A DNA stretch of 47,039 nt from Candidatus Limnocylindria bacterium (GTDB lineage: Bacteria > Chloroflexota > Limnocylindria > QHBO01). Position 1 is the first letter of the stretch. Every line of letters starts with the position of its first letter. The stretch lies in assembly GCA_046717345.1 (NCBI GenBank), contig JBKJVN010000109.1, forward strand, positions 1 through 47,039, given 5' to 3'. The notes beneath the pieces are model-generated. The model saw nothing but the letters and a program-made list of their open reading frames with translations, was not told the origin of the DNA and did not search any database. Below are positions 35,164-43,489 of this stretch, one piece after another. The position numbers were made by a program, and so were the translations under genes.

Positions 35164-38100
35164 TCAGGCGCTGACTTCGACCGGCAGATCGGCCAACCGA
35201 AGCGATAGGACCCGGCTGACGGCCGCATCGGTCATGGTCACCCCGTAGATCGTGTCCGCGGTCTCGATGGTGGCCCGGTTATGGGTGATGACCACGAAGT
35301 CGATCGTCTGGGCCAGGCGTCGCAGGGCATCGGCGAAGCGGGTGATGTTGGCCTCGTCCAGGGCCGCGTCGACCTCGTCCAGGATGCAGAACGGCACCGG
35401 GTTCACGCTCAGCATGGCGAACAGCAGCGCGACGCCGGCCAGGGCGCGTTCCCCTCCGGAGAGCATGGCCAGCCTCTGGAGTCGCTTCCCCGGGGGCCGC
35501 ACCGCGATCTCGATCCCGCCCGGGGCTTCGCTTTCCGCGTCCTCGGTCAGCTCGAGGGTGGCACTCCCGCCGGCGAACAGCAGCTGACAGTATTCGTCGA
35601 ACCGCTGCCCGATGGCGGCGAAGGCCGCTTGGAACTGCTGGCCGATCTCCAGGTCCAGGCGAGCAATGAGGGCCTCGGTGGATTCGGCAGCTCCCCGTAG
35701 GTCCGTCTCCTGGGCGCTCAGCTCCTCCAGCCGGGTCGACAGATCCCGATGCTCCTGGATCGCAAACGGGTTGACCGATCCGATCTGCTGCAGGGTGCGC
35801 CGGGTCTTGCGCATCTCATCGGCCAGCTCGTCATCGGCCAGGTTCTCTGGGGTGGGTCGATCGTCCCCGCCCGGGGCCTCTGCACCTGCACGCTCGGGCA
35901 GTCCTTCGAGCGAGAGCTCGCGCTCGCGATCCAGCCCGGCCAGCGCTTCGTCCAGCCGCGAAACCTCGGCCACGACCTCCTGCCGAGCGCCTTCGAGCTC
36001 CGCGAGGCGGCCACTTCCCCCGCCGAGTTGCCGCTCGGCGTCCAGAAGCGTCTGCCGCTCCGTGGCCCTGGCTTCTTCGGCGCGCGACCGCGCGTCCGCC
36101 GCCGACTCCTCCGCCGCCCGAGCGGCCGTCAGCGTGCTTGTCGCCTCCGCCAACCCGGTCGCCAGGCCCTCCCGCTCCGCGGTGAGGCGGGCGAGCCGCT
36201 GCTCCAGCTGATCGACCCGCTCGGCATGACGTGCGTCCGTGGTGCGGCGGTCCACCGTCTCTGAATCCTGGGCATCCGCGGCCAGCACGGCGCGATGCCA
36301 CGCGTCCCGAGCCGCGTCTCGTTCCGCGGTCGCCGTGTCGCGCCGGGCACGCGCCTCGCGGGACGCCGCCTCAAGTCCGGCAAGTTCCCGTTCGAGGTCC
36401 GTAGGGAGCACGGGAATGGCCAGCGTCGAGGGGAGGGCTGCCAGCTCCCCGACCAACGCGTCCCGCTCGCTGGTCACGCGCGCGAGTCTGGCATCTGCCG
36501 CGGCCGCCTCCTCGTCCGCCCGCCGCCGGCCGATGCGCGCGGCCTCGACTGCCGCCAGGGCGGCATCGGCAGCGGCGCTGGAGCGCTGGAGCGCGGCGTT
36601 GGCCGTCGCCTGCCGTTCGCGGGCCGCGCCGAGGTCGGCCTCCAGGCGCGCCGCGTGGCTGGCCAGTTCGGCGCGCCGGGCGGCGCGGCCGGGCGGAGCT
36701 CGGAGCTCACCGGCTCTGCCGCGAACCGTAACCACTCCACGCGCGTCGGCCAGGTCGCCTGACAGCGTGACCGCCGCCCATCCGTCGGGGAGGCGCGGCC
36801 ATCCCTCCAACAGGGCCTCGATGCCGGGCGCGACAACGGTTCGATGCAGGACGTCCGGCGCGACGCGCTCCCCCAGCACCTCGGCCAGGGTCTGGGTCGC
36901 GCCCACAGCCCCCAGGGCCGCCTCGCGCCCCGGCGGCATGCCGTTGGCCGGGCGCACGAGATGCGCATCGCCCGAGGTGTCGGCCACCGCCGCGTCGGCT
37001 CCCGGCCGCCATAGGAAGACGCGCTCGACGTCACCCAGGACGGCGGCCACCGCCAGCGCCACGCCGGGCGGAACCGGTCGAAGCCCGTCACGCAGCGCCG
37101 TCCAGCCGTCCGCCCGGAGGCGCTCGACCAGGTCGTTGGTGGCGTCGTCCCCGGCTTCTTCCAGCTCGGCCAGGTCTGATGCGATCCGGGCTGCCCGCTC
37201 ATCGAGCTCGGCCAGCGCCACGCCGGCACGGGTCGCCTCCGCGGCGGCCGTCTCGCGTTGCTCGGCGGCCAGCGTCATCCGAGCCTCGGCCCCTTCCAGC
37301 TCCACGGCGGCCACGCGGAGTACGTCGGCCAGTCCGGCGACGGTCGCGCTGGCCGCCGTGAGGGTCGTTTCAGCCGCCGTCCGCTCCCGCTCGAGGCGCT
37401 CGCGGCGCGCGGCGATGACCGCAGCGCGCTCGGCGGCATGCCCCGTTTCCGCCAGCCGGTCGGCCTCGCGTCCACGCAACGTGGCGAGGGCCTCCTCGGC
37501 CGCCAGGAGGTCCCCGTCAGCCTCCCGGGCCCGCTCCGCGGCCTCGTGCCATAGCTGCTGTGCGGCAGACGCGCTGTCGCGAAGGGGGTCAGTCCGCCCA
37601 GCGCTCGACGGTTCTCCGGCGATCGGTTCCTCAGCGGTCAGCTCGGCGAGCTCGCGCCCGGCCCGATCGGCCTCCGCTGCCAGGTCCAGGTCGCGCTCGA
37701 CCAGGGAGTCATGCCGCCCCTCGGCCCGGATCACCGCCTCGCGGGCCGTCTCCCAGTCGGATGACTCCTGGCTGCTCTCGCGTTCCCCGGCCCAATAGCG
37801 CTCCTCGGCTTGCTCGACCGCCTGGCGGCCGGTGGTCTGAGCCTCCCGCTCGGCTTCGATGTCCGCCGTCACGGCCGCCGCGCGACGACGCGCTTCGCCC
37901 AGGCCCGATTGCAGCACCTGGCCCCGGCGGGCGTGGTGCTGGAGGACGAGTGCCCGCGCCCGGCTTCCGAGGCGGTCGTGTGCCTCCTGGTGTTCGGCTT
38001 GGAGGGCCAGCCGTCGAACCTGGGGCCGCAGCTCGCGGACCAGGTCCGAGACCCGGGTCAGGTTGTCGCGGGCCCGGGCCAGCCGCGAAAGCGCCTCGTT

Positions 38101-38625
38101 GCGCCGGACCTGGAGTGACTTGACGCCGGCCGCTTCTTCGAACAGCTGGCGCCGTTCGTCCGGGCGCAGGGACAGCGCCGCATCGACCGTCCCCTGCCCC
38201 ACCACGACCAGCTCGTTGGCCCCCAGTCGCCCGGCGGCGAGCAGCTCGACCACGTCGCGCAGCCGTGCGCGGGACCCGTTGATCAGGTACTCGGGATCTC
38301 CGGACCGGTACGCCCGGCGCGTGATGGTCACCGACTCGAACTCGATCGGCAGCCAGCCGTCGTGGTTGTCGAGGGTGAGGGCGACCTCGGCCATGCCGAT
38401 CGGCCGACGTGCCTCGGAACCGGCAAAGATCACGTCATCCGCGCGCCGGGTGCGGAGTGACCGGTTCGACTGCTCGCCCAGCACCCAGCGGATCGCGTCG
38501 GCCATGTTGCTCTTGCCGCTGCCGTTGGGCCCGATGACAGCGGTGACCCCGGGCTCGAAGGTGAACCGAGTTGGCTCGGCGAAGCTCTTGAAACCGTGAA
38601 GACGGAGCTCCTGCAACCGACTCAT
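35164..38625 (-). CDS. smc: chromosome segregation protein SMC
   Basis: ORF trimmed to ATG 38625 (ATGA overlap with the rnc stop). It has MSRLQELRLHGFKSFAEPTRFTFEPGVTAVIGPNGSGKSN and long coiled coils. The C-terminus carries LSGGERALAGVALLFA and ILDEVDAALD. Confidence 0.95.
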   Translation of the reverse strand: MSRLQELRLHGFKSFAEPTRFTFEPGVTAVIGPNGSGKSNMADAIRWVLGEQSNRSLRTRRADDVIFAGSEARRPIGMAEVALTLDNHDGWLPIEFESVTITRRAYRSGDPEYLINGSRARLRDVVELLAAGRLGANELVVVGQGTVDAALSLRPDERRQLFEEAAGVKSLQVRRNEALSRLARARDNLTRVSDLVRELRPQVRRLALQAEHQEAHDRLGSRARALVLQHHARRGQVLQSGLGEARRRAAAVTADIEAEREAQTTGRQAVEQAEERYWAGERESSQESSDWETAREAVIRAEGRHDSLVERDLDLAAEADRAGRELAELTAEEPIAGEPSSAGRTDPLRDSASAAQQLWHEAAERAREADGDLLAAEEALATLRGREADRLAETGHAAERAAVIAARRERLERERTAAETTLTAASATVAGLADVLRVAAVELEGAEARMTLAAEQRETAAAEATRAGVALAELDERAARIASDLAELEEAGDDATNDLVERLRADGWTALRDGLRPVPPGVALAVAAVLGDVERVFLWRPGADAAVADTSGDAHLVRPANGMPPGREAALGAVGATQTLAEVLGERVAPDVLHRTVVAPGIEALLEGWPRLPDGWAAVTLSGDLADARGVVTVRGRAGELRAPPGRAARRAELASHAARLEADLGAARERQATANAALQRSSAAADAALAAVEAARIGRRRADEEAAAADARLARVTSERDALVGELAALPSTLAIPVLPTDLERELAGLEAASREARARRDTATAERDAARDAWHRAVLAADAQDSETVDRRTTDARHAERVDQLEQRLARLTAEREGLATGLAEATSTLTAARAAEESAADARSRAEEARATERQTLLDAERQLGGGSGRLAELEGARQEVVAEVSRLDEALAGLDRERELSLEGLPERAGAEAPGGDDRPTPENLADDELADEMRKTRRTLQQIGSVNPFAIQEHRDLSTRLEELSAQETDLRGAAESTEALIARLDLEIGQQFQAAFAAIGQRFDEYCQLLFAGGSATLELTEDAESEAPGGIEIAVRPPGKRLQRLAMLSGGERALAGVALLFAMLSVNPVPFCILDEVDAALDEANITRFADALRRLAQTIDFVVITHNRATIETADTIYGVTMTDAAVSRVLSLRLADLPVEVSA

Positions 38626-39323
38626 GGCGTCCCCGCGGCCAGGTGGTCGAGGGCGGCCTGTGCGGCCTGCTCCTCGGCCCGTTGCCGGCTGCTGCCGTTC
38701 CCGGTTCCCAGGGACTCGGTGCCGACCACGACCTCCACCGTGAACTCCTGGGCGTGCGCTGGTCCCAGCGATCGGACCAGCCGGTATGAGGGACGCGTGC
38801 CGTGCTGTCGCTGGCTCCATTCCTGGAGCCGGCTCTTGGCCGATTTCGGGGTGTCGGCATCCGAGGGTGCGAGAAGCGACGCGAGAAGCGGTGCGAAGGC
38901 GGCCTCGGTCGCCTCCAGGCCCTCGCCGAGATAGATGGCCCCGACCAGGGCCTCGAACGCACCAGCCAGCAGGGACGGGCGTCGCGCGCCGCCCGCCTCG
39001 ACCTCGCCGCGGCCCAGGAGGAGGTGCTGGTCGAGGGACAGGTCCCGGGCCATGCCGGCCAGCGCGGCCCGGTTGACCATGGCGGCCCGGTGGGCGGTCA
39101 GGCGCCCCTCATCGGCCCCCGGGAAGCGTGCATACAGCAGGCGGCTGGCGATGAGGCCCAGCACGGCATCCCCCAGGAACTCGAGGCGCTCGTTGTTGCC
39201 GGCCACCAGGCCCGGGTTCTCGTTGGCGAACGAGGCATGCGTGAATGCCTGGCGGATGGCGTCCGGGTCATGAAGGGCGATGCCGAGTTGCTCACCCAGC
39301 TCGTGGATGGTGGGTGAGGTCAC
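38622..39323 (-). CDS. rnc: ribonuclease III
   Basis: NERLEFLGDAVLGL signature plus a C-terminal dsRBD. Confidence 0.95.
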   Translation of the reverse strand: MTSPTIHELGEQLGIALHDPDAIRQAFTHASFANENPGLVAGNNERLEFLGDAVLGLIASRLLYARFPGADEGRLTAHRAAMVNRAALAGMARDLSLDQHLLLGRGEVEAGGARRPSLLAGAFEALVGAIYLGEGLEATEAAFAPLLASLLAPSDADTPKSAKSRLQEWSQRQHGTRPSYRLVRSLGPAHAQEFTVEVVVGTESLGTGNGSSRQRAEEQAAQAALDHLAAGTP

Positions 39324-39332
39324 GGGGAGAAC

Positions 39333-39575
39333 CTACTGCTGGCGTTCCTCGATGTACTCGACGGCGTCGGAGACCTTCTGGATCTTCTCGGCATCCTCGT
39401 CCGAGATCTCCATGCCGAACTCTTCCTCGAGGCTCATGATGAGCTCGACCAGATCAAGCGAGTCGGCGTTCAGGTCCTCGACAAATGCCGCCTCCGGCGT
39501 CACATCGTTTTCTTCAACGCCGAGCTGCTCAACGATGATCTTCTTGAGCCGGTCGAACGTGGTGCCGTCGGTCAC
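39333..39575 (-). CDS. acpP: acyl carrier protein
   Basis: 80 aa with the [21 protein letters not shown] phosphopantetheine site. Confidence 0.95.
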   Translation of the reverse strand: MTDGTTFDRLKKIIVEQLGVEENDVTPEAAFVEDLNADSLDLVELIMSLEEEFGMEISDEDAEKIQKVSDAVEYIEERQQ

Positions 39576-40003
39576 CCTTCGTCTCCCTCAGGTGCGGGTC
39601 TTGCCACGCTTCGGAGGACGCCTCCGACGAGTCGGGCGGCCGAGTCCCCGGCGTAGGTTCGAGCGAGAGACACGGCGTCCCGGATCGTCCCACCGCTCGG
39701 AATCGCGGCGGAGTATAGCACCTCAAACAGGGCGCTCCGGAGGATGGACCGTTCGACTCGGCCAAGCTCCGAGACGGGGATTCGCGGAGCCCGGGCGGCG
39801 ATCTCCGCATCCAGCGCGGCCTGGTGTCGGACGACCCCCGACACGATCGCGCGAGCGTGCTCAACCAGGGCAGGCTCGGTCCCCCAGTCGGCCGCCAGCC
39901 GCTCGACCGCAGGACCCGCCTGCTGGCGCGGGAATTCGGCCTCGAAGAGCGCCAGCAGCGCCAGGCGGCGGGCCCGCAGCGACGCCCGCTCGCGGCGTGC
40001 CAC
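39572..40003 (-). CDS. nusB: transcription antitermination factor NusB
   Basis: ORF trimmed to GTG 40003, 1 nt after the plsX TAG. It has [33 protein letters not shown] and [28 protein letters not shown] overlap with the acpP start. Confidence 0.8.
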   Translation of the reverse strand: MARRERASLRARRLALLALFEAEFPRQQAGPAVERLAADWGTEPALVEHARAIVSGVVRHQAALDAEIAARAPRIPVSELGRVERSILRSALFEVLYSAAIPSGGTIRDAVSLARTYAGDSAARLVGGVLRSVARPAPEGDEG

Positions 40004-40004
40004 C

Positions 40005-41069
40005 CTAGGGTGCAGGTTCCACGGGTACGGCGGTCTTCTCCTCGGCCGCAACCCCTAGCGGCGCCTCGCCGAACAGCCCCGGGTGCCGGCGGCTCCAGTC
40101 CGCGATGACGGCCGGCATGTCCACCGCTGCCGCCTCGGAGCCGACGCGGATCGCGTTCTCGACCATCCGCGCCTTGGCTCGCCCATGGGTCACGATGCTC
40201 ACCCCTCGCACGCCGAGCAGCGGCGAGCCTCCGAATTGCTCGTAATCGAACCGATGCCGGAGCCGATCGATCCCGGGCCGCAGGGCCAGGACGGCCAGCG
40301 GCGCCACGAGGCCCCGCAGGAGGTCCTCGCGGATGGAGCGGAAGATGTACGAGGTCAGCCCCTCGGTGAGCTTGACCATGACATTGCCGACGAACCCGTC
40401 ACACACCACGACGTCGGCCACGTGACCCGCCAGGTCGTGGGGCTCGACGTTGCCAACGAAGTGCAGGTCGGACGCCCGCAGGCGGACGTAGGCCTCGCGC
40501 GTCAGGGCATCCCCCTTCTCGGGCTCCTCCCCGATGTTCAGCAACGCGACCCGTGGCGACGCCACGTGGAGGACACGCTCCGCGTAGAGCGACCCCATGG
40601 CCGCGAACTGGACCAGGTTGTGCGGCTCGCAGTCCACGTTGGCCCCGACATCGAGGAGCACCAGCGGGCCGGACGGGGTGAGGAAGTAGGCGGGCAAGGC
40701 CGGCCGGTCGATCCCCTCCAGGCGTCCCAGGCGGAAGATGGCGGCGGCCATGGTCGCGCCGGTGGAACCCGCGCTGATGACCGCATCGGCGCCGCCGTCG
40801 CGGACCAGGTCGGTGGCCACCCGGATCGAGGACCGACGGCGGCGGATGGCGGCAGCGGGTGACTCCCCCATCCCGACCACCTCGGGCGCGTCGACGAAGG
40901 AGACGCTGGCCGGCCGGCCGCGCCCGTACTCCGCCACTTCGCGCTCGATGCGCGGCACGTCGCCGACGAGGATCACCTCATCGGCATGCGTCGCGGCGTA
41001 GTTGATCGCTCCCCGAACCACCTCGCGCGGGGCGAGGTCGCCGCCCATCGCGTCGACCGCGATGCGCAT
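40005..41069 (-). CDS. plsX: phosphate acyltransferase PlsX
   Basis: MRIAVDAMGGDLAPREVV...SAGSTGA...VCDGFVGNVMVK. Confidence 0.95.
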   Translation of the reverse strand: MRIAVDAMGGDLAPREVVRGAINYAATHADEVILVGDVPRIEREVAEYGRGRPASVSFVDAPEVVGMGESPAAAIRRRRSSIRVATDLVRDGGADAVISAGSTGATMAAAIFRLGRLEGIDRPALPAYFLTPSGPLVLLDVGANVDCEPHNLVQFAAMGSLYAERVLHVASPRVALLNIGEEPEKGDALTREAYVRLRASDLHFVGNVEPHDLAGHVADVVVCDGFVGNVMVKLTEGLTSYIFRSIREDLLRGLVAPLAVLALRPGIDRLRHRFDYEQFGGSPLLGVRGVSIVTHGRAKARMVENAIRVGSEAAAVDMPAVIADWSRRHPGLFGEAPLGVAAEEKTAVPVEPAP

Positions 41070-41079
41070 CCGGCGGCGG

Positions 41080-41280
41080 CTAGCGGCCGCTCTCGGTCGG
41101 AGTGGGCGCCGGCGGCACCACCTCGCGGCCGTTGTGCCAGCCGCAGGTCGGACACACGGTGTGGGCGCGCTTCAGCTCGTGACAGTGGTCGCACTCGACC
41201 AGCGTCGGGGCGCGCAGCGCCAGATGGGCGCGCCGTTCACCCTTACGCGACTTCGAGACCTTACGCTTGGGGACGCCCAC
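41080..41280 (-). CDS. rpmF: 50S ribosomal protein L32
   Basis: MGVPKRKVSKSRKGERRAH...C..C....H.VCPTCG zinc-ribbon form. Confidence 0.95.
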   Translation of the reverse strand: MGVPKRKVSKSRKGERRAHLALRAPTLVECDHCHELKRAHTVCPTCGWHNGREVVPPAPTPTESGR

Positions 41281-41350
41281 GCGGCACTCCTGTTGGACCT
41301 AGATTGAGGACGCCGCAGTATAGACGCGGCCTGCTCCGGTCACCACCGCC

Positions 41351-41881
41351 TCAGTCGGAGGGTGGCTTCCAGTCGGCAAGGGGCGCCAGCCGCGGATCGA
41401 TGGAGGCTTCCGCATGCTCGTGCGCCCCATCCTCGAGTCGCCGTCCGCACACCAGGCACAGGCCGCGGCAGTCTGACCGGCACAGCGGATGCATCGGCTC
41501 CGCCAGCAGCAGCTCATCGGTCAGGACCAGGGCCAGGTCGAGCTCGTGGTGGGAGTCGATGCGCGCCACTTCGGCGTCAGCCGGACCGATGACCAGGCCC
41601 GCCCCGGTGGTGGGATCGACGCTGGGCAGGAATTCCTCGCGAATCACCACCTCGACCGGTTCGTCGAATTCGTCGAGACACCGGATGCACGTCCGACGGG
41701 CCAGCGTCCGAACCCGCCCATCGACCACGATCCCCCGATTCGTGCGCAGCAGCCGCAGGCTGCCCAACAACCGCCGTCCGCCAGGCGCGGTGGGATCGGT
41801 CCAATCCAACGGGCCAAGCTCGACGGTCCGCCCTGTTCCCGCGGGCTCGCGCAGCAGACCCGCCACGCTGAGGCGGGTCAC
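41351..41881 (-). CDS. yceD: YceD/DUF177 family protein
   Basis: ORF trimmed to GTG 41881 (GTGA overlap with the upstream stop). It has the C-terminal Cys cluster HPLCRSDCRGLCLVCG and the canonical position upstream of rpmF. Confidence 0.85.
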   Translation of the reverse strand: MTRLSVAGLLREPAGTGRTVELGPLDWTDPTAPGGRRLLGSLRLLRTNRGIVVDGRVRTLARRTCIRCLDEFDEPVEVVIREEFLPSVDPTTGAGLVIGPADAEVARIDSHHELDLALVLTDELLLAEPMHPLCRSDCRGLCLVCGRRLEDGAHEHAEASIDPRLAPLADWKPPSD

Positions 41882-42321
41882 CCCGATATCGGCGTGCCGA
41901 CTGCGCGTTCCGGTTCGGGCTGGATGGGCACGGCGTCGAGCGTGGCCGATCCCCGCCGCTGGTCGAGCATCTCGATCCCGTGCTTGATGCTGGTCAGCGC
42001 CTTGGTGACCTCCCCCTCGAGGCGGATCAGGACGCCGGTCGCGTATTCGTCGGCCCCGTGTCTGACGTCGCCGGCTTCGCGGTTGGCCCCTTCGAGGATC
42101 TCGCCGGCGCGCTGCTGGGCCAGCCGGACCAGCTCGCGCTCCTCCAGCATCTGAGCGGCCTGCTCTTGGGCACGCGCGATGATCGCGTCCCCTTCCTCGC
42201 GGGCGTGCTCGACGATCCGGCCTGCCTCCCCGGTGATGCGCTGAGCCTGCCGGACCTCCTCGGGCATGGCGACCCGGATCTGGTCCACCAGCTCGAGCAC
42301 GGCTCCCTGGTCGAGGACCAC
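41878..42321 (-). CDS. coiled-coil hypothetical protein (ATPase-subunit-like helical protein); coding probably extends upstream to about 42400
   Basis: The sequence is helical and rich in Glu, Arg, Ala and Gln. The in-frame upstream sequence (..VTDILFLVERLEALVATGTRVPLTNN) looks coding but has no ATG, GTG or TTG. Confidence 0.6.
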   Translation of the reverse strand: MVLDQGAVLELVDQIRVAMPEEVRQAQRITGEAGRIVEHAREEGDAIIARAQEQAAQMLEERELVRLAQQRAGEILEGANREAGDVRHGADEYATGVLIRLEGEVTKALTSIKHGIEMLDQRRGSATLDAVPIQPEPERAVGTPISG

Positions 42322-42458
42322 GTTGTTGGTGAGTGGGACCCTCGTCCCAGTGGCGACCAGCGCTTCCAGTCGCTCGACGAGGAACAGGATGTCCGTGACG
42401 ATGACCTCCGTCGGCGGTTGTCGGCGATTCTACACCGGGCCGCGGATGTCGTACATCG

Positions 42459-42947
42459 TCATACCGACCGCTGGCGACGCAGCGCCGCATCCACGCCGGG
42501 TGGGACCATGGGCGAGACGTCGCCCCCGAACGCCGCCACTTCCTTGGCCAGGCTGGATGACACGTAGCCGAACTCCAGCCCCGTCATCAAGAACACGGTG
42601 TCGATGCCGGGCGCCAGGCGCCGGTTGGTGTGGGCCATCTGGAGCTCGGCCTCGAAGTCGCTGATCGCGCGCAGGCCGCGGATCACGAAGCCCGCCTGGT
42701 GGCGCTTGGCGAACTCCACGGTCAGCCCGTCGAAGGCTTCGACCACGACCGACGGGCCTAGGTCGGCGACCTCAGCCACGATCAGGGCGACCCGTTCCTC
42801 CACCGAGAACAGGGGGGTCTTGCGCGGGTTGCCCAGGACCCCGATGACGAGCCGGTCGAACACCGCCGCGGCGCGCCGAATGACATCCAGGTGGGCATTC
42901 GTGATCGGGTCAAACGAACCGGGGAAGACGGCGACGCGGGTCATCAC
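42459..42947 (-). CDS. coaD: phosphopantetheine adenylyltransferase
   Basis: VAVFPGSFDPITNAHLDVIRRA. Confidence 0.95.
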   Translation of the reverse strand: MMTRVAVFPGSFDPITNAHLDVIRRAAAVFDRLVIGVLGNPRKTPLFSVEERVALIVAEVADLGPSVVVEAFDGLTVEFAKRHQAGFVIRGLRAISDFEAELQMAHTNRRLAPGIDTVFLMTGLEFGYVSSSLAKEVAAFGGDVSPMVPPGVDAALRRQRSV

Positions 42948-43480
42948 TCCTCCTCCAAGAAGGTCAGGGCCGTTTCACCGAAGCGCCGGTTGCGGGTCGG
43001 GGACAGCCGCAGTCCGGACGGCATCGGCGTGCGCCAGAAATGCTTGACTACCACCAATCCCCCGGGCGCCAAGTGCGGGATGAGCCGCTCGAGCGGCAGG
43101 TCGAGTGTACGCTCCGCGTAGGGCGGATCGAGGATCACGACCTCCCATGCCGGGTCGGTGGCCGTGGACAGGAACGCGAGCACGTCCGCGGCGTGGACGT
43201 CGGCTAGGTCGCCGAGCTTCGTTCGCTTCAGATTTTCCCGGATCGCGGCCACGGCGGCCCGGCCACGTTCCACGAACGTCGCGCTGGCGGCTCCCCGCGA
43301 CAGCGCCTCGATCCCGACCGCCCCGCTCCCCGCGTACAGGTCCAGGACGCGCGCATCCAGGATCCGGGCGCCGATGCTCCCGAACAGCGCTTCCTTGACC
43401 CGATCGCTGATCGGACGGGTGAGCCGGTCCTTGGGGGCGACCAGGAGCTGGCCCCGGGCCGAGCCGGCAATCACTCGCAT
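42944..43480 (-). CDS. rsmD: 16S rRNA (guanine966-N2)-methyltransferase RsmD
   Basis: MRVIAGSARGQLL...VLDLYAGSGAVGIEALSRGA...ILDPPY. Confidence 0.9.
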   Translation of the reverse strand: MRVIAGSARGQLLVAPKDRLTRPISDRVKEALFGSIGARILDARVLDLYAGSGAVGIEALSRGAASATFVERGRAAVAAIRENLKRTKLGDLADVHAADVLAFLSTATDPAWEVVILDPPYAERTLDLPLERLIPHLAPGGLVVVKHFWRTPMPSGLRLSPTRNRRFGETALTFLEEE

Positions 43481-43489
43481 CCCGCGGCC

